64,000 bases of DNA. It comes from Vicugna vicugna (taxonomy: Eukaryota). How positions within the stretch are numbered: position 1 is the first letter of the stretch; every line of letters starts with the position of its first letter. A program made the translations under genes and the position numbers. Below are positions 40,444 to 52,645 of this stretch, piece by piece. The stretch lies in assembly GCA_013265495.1 (NCBI GenBank), contig MU057403.1, positions 225,965 to 289,964 of the forward strand, read 5' to 3'. Under the pieces are notes generated by a model that was given only the letters and a program-made list of their open reading frames with translations, searched no databases and had not been told where the DNA came from.

Positions 40444-41969
40444 CAAAAAGAAGTAACTGTTGTCTTCTGAAACAAAAAGAGATCAAAATAGAAGGTAACC
40501 TATATTGACAGGAGCACTGTAACTCCAAGAACAGATATGCTGACAGACAGCATCACCAAGATCCTCACTAACATTTCCATTTTTTAACCTGAGATGGTTT
40601 GGGGGTGGGAAGCCTGATCCATATCAAGATTCCTATCTTTAATAATGGGTTTTGGTGATGAGACAACAGAATTCCTGCTCCCCCATTCCCATCCAAGCCC
40701 CAGGCAACTTGTTCAACAGGCAACACTCATTTCCCCATTCTGACTTACTACCAAGAGATGGAGGTCAGTCATAGCCAGTTCAAAAGCAGAAAATAGAAAG
40801 CAGTCAACTCTGTCCAAATTCTTTGTAGGTTTACAATACCTGATCCATATCACCCCATCCCGACCCCGGGGTTACAGCAACACCTACCAGTTAGTCACTG
40901 CCACTGGAGGACTAGAATAAATATCTAAAAAGACAGCAGCGGGTGAAAACCAATGGGTAGTGGTAGGCAGGGTACCTATGCCCAGTCCCCTTACCATTTT
41001 CTAAAATGGAAGTTAACAAAGGAGCTATTCATACAAACAAATTCCTTTTCGAATTAACACAAATGTCCAAAACATCTGAGACCTTGGTAAGGTGACTTAT
41101 TTGCAGGAAATTACAAAATCTGCATAGATATTCAACAAAATGGAGTAAGCTTCTAGTCTATGACAGGCTCTATCTGAAGTACCAGACTCTTAAAAAAGAA
41201 AATGAAACAGGTACATAGAGATCTGAATACACGACAGAAAAAGTGTCACAGAAAAAAAAAATGCAAAGCCTGAAGCAAGCTGAAAAAAAGATAAAAGACC
41301 TGTGAGGAGAAAAAAGGAGTATCAGGAAAGGCTTCTTGATATATTTAGAAACTAAGACGAGAACAGAATTTAAGTGGAGACAGTAAAGTTATGAAAACTG
41401 AAGAGAAGTACAAAGAAGAATGTACACTGCCTGAAATAGAGACTACTTTATGAAAGGCAGGAAGTACTCTAAGGCATAAAATACAAAATGAGGTATCTCT
41501 ATTCATTCAAGAAACATCAGAGAGCCAAGAAAATTCTGAGCAGGGAAATAATCTGATCAGAGCTTGACTTCTGGAAAAAAAATGAATCTATTGCCAATAC
41601 GCAAAAATGGTTTCAAAGAGGGAAAAGAAGAAAACATAATGAGAAACTCAACATTAGTCTGGAAACTAAATAGGTTACTTTAAAAACTAATTTTGAAATG
41701 CTGTTTAATTTGTTCTCACTGGCCAGGAGGATAACTGAGTCCAATTTACCTGTTGAAGCTTCCATAATTGTAAATCCCTTGAAAATAACAATTTCTACTT
41801 TGGGTAATTCTTTCAATATTCATGCTCGCAGCCTAAATGTTCAACAAATACTAAGTCTAATTATGTAACTGCACTATGAATCCATAAATGTCATAGAAAC
41901 ACAGACTTTGACTAGCATCTACTTCAGCAGTTTTCAAACTTCACTTTTCAATGCAGAAGCCCCCTACAG

Positions 41970-42668
41970 TGTAACTCTGATGCTAACTACCCCAGAGTCA
42001 GCCCAGGCTTCGCAAGTCTCACCTCACTTAAGACACAAGAAACAAGCTCTGGGGTTCCCGGGCCACATGCACTTCTGACCAACTGGCTACAAATTCAGAG
42101 GTTTCCAGTAGCCCCTCAGGCTCAATAATTCACTATAACAACTCACAGAACTCAGGAAAGCACTTATTATTATAATTTTATTATAAAAGATACAAATGTC
42201 AACCAGCCAATGAAGAGATATGCACAGGACTAGGCCTGGGAGGCTCTCAAAGGCGAAGCGTCTGTGCCCTCAGGACTCATCCTCCTGGCACAACAATGTG
42301 TATCACCAACCAGGAAGCTCAACGGAGGTTTGCTGTCCGGAGTTTTTACTGGGGTTTCATCAAGAAGGCATGACTGACTGAATGACTGGCCACCTCCTGG
42401 AACTCAATTTCCAGGCCTCTTCCCCCTTTCTGGAGGTTTAGTTGACATCACGTGACTCAAAGCCCCAACCATCTACAACCAAGGCTAGTCTTTCTGGAGT
42501 GACCAGCCCCTAAGCTGAGTCATCTCACTAGCGTAAACCAAGGTATTGTCCCAGGAGCCCACTATGAATAAGAAAGATACTTCTATCACTCAAGAAATTC
42601 CAAGTATTTAGAGGTTCCCTTCCAAAAAACAGGGACAAAGACTTGTAGAATTCTTTACTATTCAATAA
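41970..42668 (-). mobile_element. MER21-like LTR
   Basis: cacttctgaccaactggctacaaatt...aactcacagaactcaggaaagcactt...ctatcactcaagaaattccaag. Confidence 0.7.
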
Positions 42669-42835
42669 TCTTTCTTTTTATAAGAAAAACTTGTCTTAAA
42701 AGAAATCCAACACACAAAGCAAGTCCTAGTGGAACTGCTCTAATTGAGGAGTCCCAGATCCCTGCCTCATACATCCCTCAATCCCTTTGAAGCCCAAGAA
42801 GTCCTGCTAAACAATATCCTCCAGTCTAATATTTA

Positions 42836-43127
42836 CAGTCCATGGATTCGGGGTCTACAGGTCAAAAGTAGAAAAAAAAAATCCAGAAAGTTCCGAACAC
42901 AAAACTTGAATCTGCTGTACATGGGCAACCATTCACATAATATTTACATAGCATTTACATTTTATTAGGTTTTACAGGTAATTTAGAGATGATTTAAAGC
43001 ATATGGGGAGTTATGCATAGGTTATATGAAAACACGATGCCATTTTCTGTCAGGGACTTGAACACCTGCAGTTTTGGTGTCCATGGGGGGCTTGGAACCA
43101 ATCCCCTGCAGATATTAGGGATGACTG
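42836..43127 (-). mobile_element. MER2-like TcMar-Tigger element
   Basis: cagtc...gactg termini flanked by TA on both sides; internal tagagatgatttaaag...ggaaccaatcccc. Confidence 0.8.
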
Positions 43128-44699
43128 TACTTCATCTTAGAAAAAGAAAGCAAGTATCACTTTGATCTGGTACTGGATTTAAATATTTAATTCATCATCC
43201 TCACTGACTGGTAGCCAAGCAGACTTTTTTAAAAGCTTAGTGCATTTTTTAAAAAGAACACACTTAAATCTTAAAACTTATCACTTTATTTAAAAATAAA
43301 CATCTAAGCTTATTAAAACTTAACTTATTAAGAAGTTAATAGTTAACTAGAAATGACAGGCTTATGTCTGGTCAAATATAAATTGCCTATTATCATAATT
43401 AAAGATGATGTCAATAAAGGCATACCCAGCAGTGTCTGGTTATAGTCATCAGCAGATACTTATGCTAAACACTGTCCTATGCATAAACACGATCAGTATC
43501 TGACACAAACTTACGTACACAGATCAGAAATGCATCCCATTTAAAATTGTTCACGTTATTTACTGATGATATCTCAACAATCAAGAATGGTAGCACAGTG
43601 CCTCTCAGTTACAACAAATATTTTTAAAATCAGAAAAATATAAACTACCAGGAGCAGTTCAACATGGTTTTGTGAATAGCAAATGAAGTCAAAACTATTT
43701 ATTTTCTAAGACAAAAACATTGTTTGTGGGAAAGGAAAAAGTGACAAGCAAAAATAACACAGACTTGCTTCTAAAGAATTCAAAGCTTCATAATGATCTC
43801 ATTTTATCCCCAGATTATCTTTACCCTTATACTCAAAAAGAAGAGGCTGAGAAATCTGCCTAGAAGTACCCAGAAAAATCCCACACTAAGCCTTACTTAA
43901 ATTTCAATGGTCTTCTCAATGGATTGAAGAACTTTTTTTCTCATAAATAGCTACTGCTGATTTTCTCAAAATTTATGACTGCCAAAGATTTGGGGAGGTG
44001 AGAAATGCTAACAGGATGACTGTCCATCATGTTCAGGCTGCAGGAAAAAGCTTGTCATTCAATCAGCTTGGACATATAACAGTGCATCAAAAATGGCCAT
44101 TGGAGAAAGCAAGTCCTAAAGAAATTACCCTTTTTTGGAGACTTCAGAATCAATTTTTCAGAAATGTTTCATCAAATATCCCAGTCTCTCCTCACCATTG
44201 GAAATTATATAGGAAGAGCAATCTGAAGCTCTTCTACCCAGAGAAGGACGTCAGCATCAAAGGAACAGCATGAAAGGATCTCAGAAAAGAGCACAAGATA
44301 GAAATGAAAACCTAGAACCATTAGAAAGATGAGCTAACGGGAGAAACAAAATAGGAACAGAAGAAACAATGAGTATAATTTCTTAACCCAGTGGGTATCA
44401 GAACTTTAACAGATCTGTATTCTGGATTTTCACATTTTTCTCCTTAGTATGTTTTCACAGTAGCTGATTCCATCCCTTAGAACCTGAGCAGTCTCCAAAG
44501 GCTCCACACCTAAGCCTAACCATATCCTAAGAGGAGGTAAGATGTGTCCATCGTATACTATATGACAGGTACTGGGCTAAGTGCTTTACCTGCATCATCT
44601 CCTTAAAACAACCTTAATGCAGACCAATGAAGAGAAAAGTACGTCAGGTCAGAGGATCCACACCTGAAAAAGCAGTGGTATAAAACCAACAAGGAAATA

Positions 44700-45250
44700 C
44701 ACCTCAAGGAAAAGAGTGGGAGGTGAGGCAGACAGGCAAAAAGGAGCCAAATGCTGAAAGGTCTTAGATGCCAGGCTGAAACGTTCCAATTCTGGTGAAA
44801 AGCTGAAGAGTCACTGAAATACTTTAATCAGAGGAGTCGTATGATTACATTCACATTGTAGAAATATCACTGCCACCTGGAAAATGAGTGGTGACAGACT
44901 GGAGGCAGGGTTAACAGTTTGAGGCTACTGACAGAAGGGGCAGTGAGAAGAGAAAGGATGGGAGCTGAGTGGAGGGACAGATGACATCTCTAAAGGAGAT
45001 GACGATGACTGGAGTAAGACAGCAGCACGGAGGTACAGAGAAGTGACGGGATGCTGGATATGTTTTTAAGTAGAGCCAAAAGATCTTGCTGACAGTATGG
45101 ATGTGGAGTGCAAAGGAAAAAGACAACTCAGTGATGACTCTAAACACTAGGGGTGATGACTCTAAACACTAGGGATGAGTGACAGTATCACTGGTGCCAT
45201 CTACTCAAACAGGCAAGGATGAAGGAATGAATAGGTTTGGGGAAGAAACC
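44700..45250 (-). mobile_element. L2 fragment
   Basis: Purine-rich L2-like motifs (agactggaggcaggg, gatgactctaaa, gtgccatctact). Confidence 0.55.
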
Positions 45251-45264
45251 AATAACAATTATTA

Positions 45265-45415
45265 TATCTACATTCCATATTAAAGATAAGGAAACTGAGG
45301 CACAGAGTATCTAAGCAACTAACCCAAAGTCACACTGCTGATAAGCAGCAAACCTGGGGACTGAATTCAGGGAATGTAGCTCCAGAGTCTGAATTCTTAA
45401 CACTAAGCTAAAGTG
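45265..45415 (-). mobile_element. MIR SINE
   Basis: gataaggaaactgaggcacagag...ccaaagtcacac. Confidence 0.75.
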
Positions 45416-46454
45416 CCTCCTAAGGCTCCAAGGAGAAAAAAAACAAAATCAAACAAAAAAAAAAAAGAAAAAAAGGTCTAGAACCAAGCCTGGGGCTCAG
45501 TTCAACATTCCAAAGTCACAAAAAGGAGAAGCCAGATAGACTAAAAAAAGAGCTAAGCAGAAAACTAGAAAAAGTTTGGTATCCTGGAAACCAAATGAAT
45601 AAAGTACATCAAAGAGGAATGTAAGAGATCAACAAAGAAATGGACTAGGAATTGACCAATGGATTTGGCAAGATGGAAGTCACCAGGGACTTTGAAATAA
45701 AAACTTGATGGAATTAGTTATCTTTATAATTCAAGAGTTGAACTTAGGAAGACATATGATGTCCAAAGTGAGACCCATATATTCAGTAAATGTTTACTGA
45801 ATGTTTATTAGTGCTGGTCTACACGTTAGGGGTGCAGTGGTGAACAAAACAAACAAAAATCCCTGTCCTTCTGGAGCTCACATTCTATTATTGATGAATA
45901 AAGTTAAAGGCATTTAATTTTAAAGAAGTACAAATATATGCTAATGTTAAATGATAAATGTATCAAGTGAATTGGTGGCAGTGCTTTAATATCACTGACA
46001 TACTGATAGACAAAGTGAGAAGAAATACTGGAAAATGTATTCTACATACTATATTCTATATGCTATACTAGTAGAAAATTTTAAATGAAAGTCTGTTGGA
46101 CTCTGTCCAAGGATTATTTACTGGGAGTCTCTGGCAGGTCTTCTTAGATAACCTTTCATGATATTTTGATACATGGATCATGAGGAGAGAATTGATTCAA
46201 ACACTAAAACCTGACTAACTTTAAAAAGTAAGCTTTTCTGTAGCAAAACAATGTTTAAGAAAGCTTACTGTCAAGCAGGCTCAACTGACACATTCTCAGA
46301 TCAACAAACTTGTATTAAGTACCTACTCTGTAGCAATCAATAAAAAGAATTAAGGAGCATAATACAGGATAGAACTATCTTTAATGCTAAATACTCTGGT
46401 AAGGACAAATGTTACAGGACTTCAGAAAAGGATGGAGATTACAGTGGGCTAGAG

Positions 46455-46652
46455 CAGTGTTTCTCAATTGGAAGCTGTTTTGTACCCCCAGCGTACACTG
46501 GGTTATGTCTGGAAATGTTTAAATCATAACTGGTGTTTGGGTGGGGAGAGGTCAGGGATGATGCTAAACACTCTACATTGCAGAGGACAGATTCCCATAA
46601 CAAAGACATTTATCTGGTCCAAACTGTCGTCGTGTCGCTAATGGGAACACTA
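46455..46652 (+). mobile_element. MER20 hAT element
   Basis: cagtgtttctcaa...cagggatgatgctaaacactctaca; degenerate 8-bp TSD ggctagag / ggttaggg. Confidence 0.75.
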
Positions 46653-48139
46653 GGTTAGGGTAATCAGGAAATGATTCAGGTATGAGTTGGATTCTGAGTT
46701 GCCCTTTTAATCATGTGGACATGTAGAAAAGTAGAAGAAATAATACAAGCAAAACTATAAAAACAAGAAGGAGCCTGCATTTGAACTGGGTGGCGTAAGT
46801 ACTGGGAAAGGGTTTGACATTAAGAAATTTATCTGAATCCAATGGAAATGTAGGTTCAAAAGGCAGTAGGATATAAAGGTGACTGGGTAGTTGGAAGCTA
46901 AATTCTACATGACCATGAAAACTAGATCAAGGTGCTGGAAACAGAAGCAGCAGGTATTAAGAAACTGTTTTATTTTGAGCATTTGCCCCGGAAATTAATG
47001 CAATAAGTTATAAAACTGCTTCAGATCAACCATGTCTTACTCATCACTCTACCTCTTAAGTCGCTGAGTGGTGTCCTGTAAATAGTGCACTAAGTGCTTA
47101 TTAAATAAAATGTAACTTTCCAATTATTTATTTATTAAATATTACTGGTGATCTCTAAAGTTCCATCCATGGCTAAGATTCAGGACATTCATTTAAACCA
47201 GAACAACAACAAAAATCTATCATTTAGTTGGTGCCTACTATATAGAGACACTGTAGGCAGCCCTCTACACATACTATTTCATTGAACAAACAGAATGTGA
47301 TTTTCCTCTCTTTAAAGATGAGGGACATTGGCACTCAAAGAGCTTAAGAAACTTGTCCACGATTTCACTCTGAGCCAGGCAATGGCAGATAGGATTGAAC
47401 ACTTTTCTTGTCTTAATTTAACTCAAACCTTCAAGCTTCAGTAGCATGCTGGAAGTTAAGAGTTAAAAAGCAAAATTCAACACCCATTTTTCATAATCAA
47501 AACATACAAAGACATAAAAAGCAATTCCATAAGGTTGTCAGTATTCTTTACGACAGCAATGGCCCTTGATATTCAACTCGCTTTCATTTCACATTTGGTG
47601 TGCCAAGGTAGTCAGTCCCTCGATGCATTCAAATTACCCCCAAAATTCTCTCCCTGAAAACTCAAACTCCTGTAATTACTGCCGCAGACCAGAAAATAAA
47701 TAAACACAAAGCTAACCTGTTGAATTTGTATGATCAGTACCTAAAACCAATGATTCAGGGGGAAAAAAAACATTTCAAGTTCAGAACAAATTGGCATTTC
47801 AGACTCAAGGTCCATTTCACGCTTCTTAAAGTACTGAGACCCAGTCCAAGGAAGGCAGCCCCGTGGCTCAGGTCCGCAACTAGGTTTCGGTTGTTGCCAA
47901 GTATTCCATTTTTCATCTCTCCCAACATCTCTGAGAGTCTACCCTTCACCAGAAGCTCTTTCCTCCCTTCAACGGTTATAAAACAGATTTTACAATCCTC
48001 TAAGGAGGCTAAACTAAAACATTCCCCTAGTTCCAAACGTTTGACGTCTGTCCTGGGGAAGACTTTATTATAGGGCTTATCAACCTACGCTAGCTGATAC
48101 CCCCTAGCTCTCAGCTCTTCTCCCAGAAGGAAGCCCTGT

Positions 48140-49260
48140 CCCGGCACCAGACGCTACACCAGCTGTTCCTCCGCGGCCTGCTCCATCAAGCTTTTGAGCA
48201 GTTCTTTCAGAACCCACAGCCCCAGCTCAAGGCCCCTTTCGCAGGCTCTCTCAGTCCCATTTCTTTCCAAGAGGATGCGCCAAGCTCCCAAACCTCCTCC
48301 GAACTCTGACAGAAAGAGCCTCAGGAAAAGGGAAAGAACTCGGCCCGGCCCAGGGGTCCAGAACATACGCGGAGAGCGGGCAGAGGGGGCTCGCAGTCCG
48401 GCGAGGGGTGGACAGGGAGCGGCAGAAGCACCTACCAACATCCTGATCGAAGGGATTGGTGGCAAAGAGAGGCATCTCCACTGCGTGCAGAGGTGTCCGC
48501 AGGGACTCCCCCTCGACACCACGGGAGTCCAGGTGCGACTCAGGAAGGAAGACTCCTCAGGCCAAAACAGCGACCGACAAGGACTCCACAGGGTCTGCGA
48601 CAGCTCCTCCACTCGCCGACCCTCGACAACCACGGCAGCAGCGGCGGCGGCGGCGGCAACAGCAAAGGAGCCGAGAAGGCCCCCGGCGTGGAGCCTGTCG
48701 GGAATCTGGGCGCCCACGGCGCTGCCTGTCCAGAACCTACCCGGAACCTGCCCCGCCAAAACAGGACCAACCAAGGGCCCCCCCGTCAAGACCTCCTTTT
48801 TATTAGCCGCACAGGAGAGTGGCAGTCATGCTTGAGTTTTCTGCTTTGCCCCTGGCCATGAGCCTCCGGAGGACGGGGTCCTCCAGGCGCGCCGAAGCCG
48901 ACTAGCGAGCCCAGGCGTGAATCAGACTGAGCAAAAAGAAAAGGGTCGCGTCTGGCTGGAGGGAGACCCTCTTTTCCCCTCACGCTGTCGGTTGTCTTAA
49001 CTTTGTGGTCCCTATGGAGGGGAGATGCAAATTCCTTCACTCGGTGTGGGGGCGCAGCTAAGTAAAAAGGCTATGAGTTCAATTTGCTGTCTGCGGTGAC
49101 AAGAAACCTGCTTGGGTGAAGTCAAGTGATCGGGACGGATTGGCCCGAATCCCTAGGAGGGGAGTGTCAGGGCGCGCAGCTCCCTCGGAGAGGCTGGAAG
49201 GCTGGCACCTTGCGCAGAGTCCCGATCGCCTGGCTTCAGAAACTGTCGAAAGTACTTCTA
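48140..49260 (-). promoter_or_regulatory. STAM: STAM CpG-island promoter and 5'UTR
   Basis: High GC and CpG density around exon 1; GC box and CCGGAA near 48740-48760; octamer ATGCAAAT at 49025-49032. Edges approximate. Confidence 0.85.
48436..48475 (-). CDS. STAM: STAM coding exon 1 (MPLFATNPFDQDV, 40 nt)
   Basis: ATG at 48475 in a CpG island; peptide matches the STAM N-terminus; donor G|gtagg. Confidence 0.97.
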
Positions 49261-49669
49261 GTAGGGTGGTGGCACCTCCTGACTAACTCTGCAGCCACTA
49301 AGCAGTTACGGGAATTGGAAAATCAGTTGCACAATCCAAGAAGGTCTACAATAACCCCGCAAAGCCGAGCCAAAAAAGAAAACTGAAAAATGGAGCTTCC
49401 GATTGATTCGTGACTAATAATAACTTTAAATATTTAGTAACTTTATTTGTGAGTTTATTTAACAAAATATTGTCTATATCATGTAAAAATTTTAAGAAGC
49501 ATCTGCTAGAAATTTTGCGTTCCACTTGGAACAGACTTAGAGCATCTTGCACGTAAATTGAAATTATGTTAATTTACCAAAATTGAAACATTTCCAAACG
49601 TGGCTTGTGAACGTTTACAACATGTCAACAACGGGATTAGCATTGTAGTGTAGGAAGAATGCTTACAAA

Positions 49670-49873
49670 AATCTCTGCCTTGTGAGTAAGAAGGCAGCTG
49701 TATATGCAAGCCAGGAAGAGAGTCCTTCCCAGAACCTGATCATGCTGGCACCCCGATCTCAGATTTTCTGCCTCCAAAACTGTAAAAATAGAAATAAAAT
49801 AAAATAATAATAATAATTCCTACTGTTTAAGCCACTAAGTCTATGATATTTTCTTACGGCAGCCGAGCTAACA
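49670..49873 (+). mobile_element. MLT1-like (MaLR) LTR 3' part
   Basis: gcaagccaggaagagag...catgctggcaccccgatctcaga...tgtttaagccactaagtctatg. Confidence 0.75.
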
Positions 49874-50424
49874 CCATTCTTCACACCCCTGCTGGAATGA
49901 TTTTTCTAAAACACAAATCTGATTATGTTATTCCTGTAAAATTCTCATATGGTTCTTCAGTCATTCAATAAATAATTATTAACTCTTTATTTGTGCCAAG
50001 TACTAGTCTAGATGCTGGAAATATCAGAGAGATAAAAGCTCCATGTGAGATAGGGTTTTAGGAAGTATAGCCTATGGGGAATACAGGCTTGAAAGAAATA
50101 ATTAAATCCGAATTCTTTGGTGTTACATCCTCACTGAACTGGCCCCTGAGAACTTCATTTTTTTCATAGTCTTTTTTTTTCAGACTCTCTCCTTTAGTCC
50201 TTCCACTGGGCCCATACTTTCCACGTCTTCAAACAAGACTTTCCTACTCCGATTCTATACCTTCTCTAAACAAACCTCCACTCAGATTTCACTTCCCCAA
50301 AGCCCGTTCTAACTCAGCACCTGAGCTGTAATAGATATGCCATAAATATTTGTTAGTTAGTTGATTACTGGCCATTTCTATCACAGCACTTAATGATACT
50401 ATATTTGTTCCAGGTGTCTTTTAC

Positions 50425-50910
50425 GACATTAAAAACCACCCCAAATTTAGTGACTTAGGGCAACAAAAATCATTTATTTTGCTTGCAAATCAAAATTTTG
50501 TTCAGAGCTCCACAGACACAGCTTATCTCTCTTCCACATGGTGTCAGCAGGGGTGACTCAAAGGCTGGGATGACTCTACACCTGGGGCTGCAATCATCTG
50601 AAGGTGTGCACCCTGCTGTGTCTGGGAATTGATGCTGGCAGTTGGCTGGGCCATTGGGGCTGTTGGCCAGAATATCTATGTGGGACTTCCTGTGTGTCAG
50701 CATATTGGACTGAGCATTGCAAGGGGTGGGAAGAGGAGACTGCCAGTTTCTTCAGAACCTGAGCTAGGAAGAGGACACAGGAGCATTTCAGTCATTTTCT
50801 ACTGGATAAGCAGTTGCAGCCTCTATAGTCAAGGGGAAAGGAAATAAAATCCATCTCTCAATGGAAGGAGTATTAAAGAATTTGGGGGCCATATTTGAAA
50901 GCTGCCATAC
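50425..50910 (-). mobile_element. Old MLT1-like LTR
   Basis: aaaccaccccaaatttagtgactta...aatcatctgaagg...aaagaatttgggggccatattt. Confidence 0.65.
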
Positions 50911-51029
50911 TACTGTAACTTTTTACTTGTTGATGACTCACATATCTCTATACTTTCAGGCTTTTCACAGTAAGGGTTCCACAAGTATTTGTTAAATATA
51001 GTAAACATGTCATTAAATTGGCACACTTC

Positions 51030-52645
51030 CATTACCAGTCACGAGGGAGTAACAGAATCTGGACTTCCCTTTTCACCATAACCCAATAGGACATGGGGGA
51101 AAATACATGAGACAGTTGATTTCAGATCTGAAACAACAGACTGTGGCCCAAGGAGAAAGGAAACAAACAGTGAGCCCTATGACAGCCACAGCTTTCTGTC
51201 AGGGTCAGTTTCTGGACTGTGCCACAGGGAGGGAAAACCCAAACAGAACCAAATGGGATCGTGAATGACATTTCAGAATGATGAAGGGGTAAATTCACCG
51301 AAAAGACATAATAGTTGCAAATGTGTATTAACCTAATGACAGAACTTGAAGAAAAAAAAGGAAGCAAGACTTACAGAGGAGAAATAGATACATCTGTAGT
51401 TTTCCTGTTTGTTTTGTTGTTTTTTATTGAGTACATCCATAGTTTTGTTAGCTATTTTAATATTCCTTTCTCAGGTAAAGATAAAGCAAATAGAAAATCA
51501 GTAATTACACAGAAGACTCAAAGCACACTCTCAACCAACTTGACCAAATTGACATTTATGATGGCCCACCCAAACACTGAAAGATAAACATCCTTGCCAG
51601 GTAGATACAGAACAGTAACAGAGATATGCTGGCTTTATAATGACTCAAAATAATTTAAAGGATAAGATTAAATAGATTTTGTTCCTTGATGAAAACAGAA
51701 TTAACTCAGGAAGATAACAAAGGTATCTGAAAATGTTCAACTTATGTACAGATGAAACAATACAGTTCTAAATAACCTCTGTGTCAAAGAAAAATCAGAA
51801 AATATTTTGAACTGGATGAAAGTGAAACCAACCAATCAAAATTTGTGAGATGCAATTAAAGTGATGCTTAGAGGAATACTTGAAGCATTAGATATTAGAA
51901 AGATCTAAACTCAGTGAAGGGGGAAGGTATAGCTCAACTGGTAGAGTGCATGCTTAGTATTCCCCAGTACTTCCTCCAAAAGTAAAGAAATAAATAAACC
52001 TAATTACCTCCCTCCCCCTCAAAAAAACCTAAGTAAATAAATCACCCTTCATAATATTTTTAAATAAATAAAGTAGAATAAAATCTATGAGCTAAGCTGC
52101 AAACTTAAGAAAGAAAAAAATTCAAATAAGTAGAAAGGGGAAATAATAAAGATAAAACCAAAAATCAATGAAATAAAACACAAACAATAGAGAAAATCAA
52201 TAAAACCAAAATTTAATCTTTTTTAAATCAATAAAATTGACAAAACTCTACTTAGATCAAAAAATAAAGAGGGAACACACAAATTATCAGTATCAGGAAT
52301 TAAAGCAGCAGCATGACTATAGATCCTGTAAGTAAAACATTATGGAAATTCAATAATATTAAATTAAAACATTCATAAAGGAATTTTCTGTTAAAAAACT
52401 TTACACCAATGAATATGACAACATAGGTGAAATGGAAAAAAAATGCTAGAAATAAAAGTTATCACAACTGGGTTAGGAAGAAACAGAAATTAAATTCTTT
52501 AACTCCACAAAAATCTCTAGGCCCATGAATTTAATAGTGAATTCTATCAAAATTGAAGTTTGTGATGTCAGCACTTATCAAATTGCACATTTTAAGTATG
52601 TACAGACTATTACATGTCAATTATACCTCAATAAAGCTGTTTAAA
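51030..52645 (+). mobile_element. Fragmented L1 remnants
   Basis: ORF2-like A-rich blocks (aaatcaatgaaataaaa, ttaatagtgaattctatcaaa) and 3' end tcaattatacctcaataaagctgtt. Confidence 0.65.
51919..52075 (+). mobile_element. Vic-1-like SINE with an internal deletion removing the B box
   Basis: gtatagctcaactggtagagtgcatgcttagtat joins directly to tccccagtac. Confidence 0.8.

Noticed and set aside
48154..48861. Overlapping 116-213 aa ORFs on both strands at the STAM promoter
   Set aside because: Stop-poor CpG-island DNA, mostly non-ATG starts, low-complexity products; only the 40-nt STAM exon 1 is supported.
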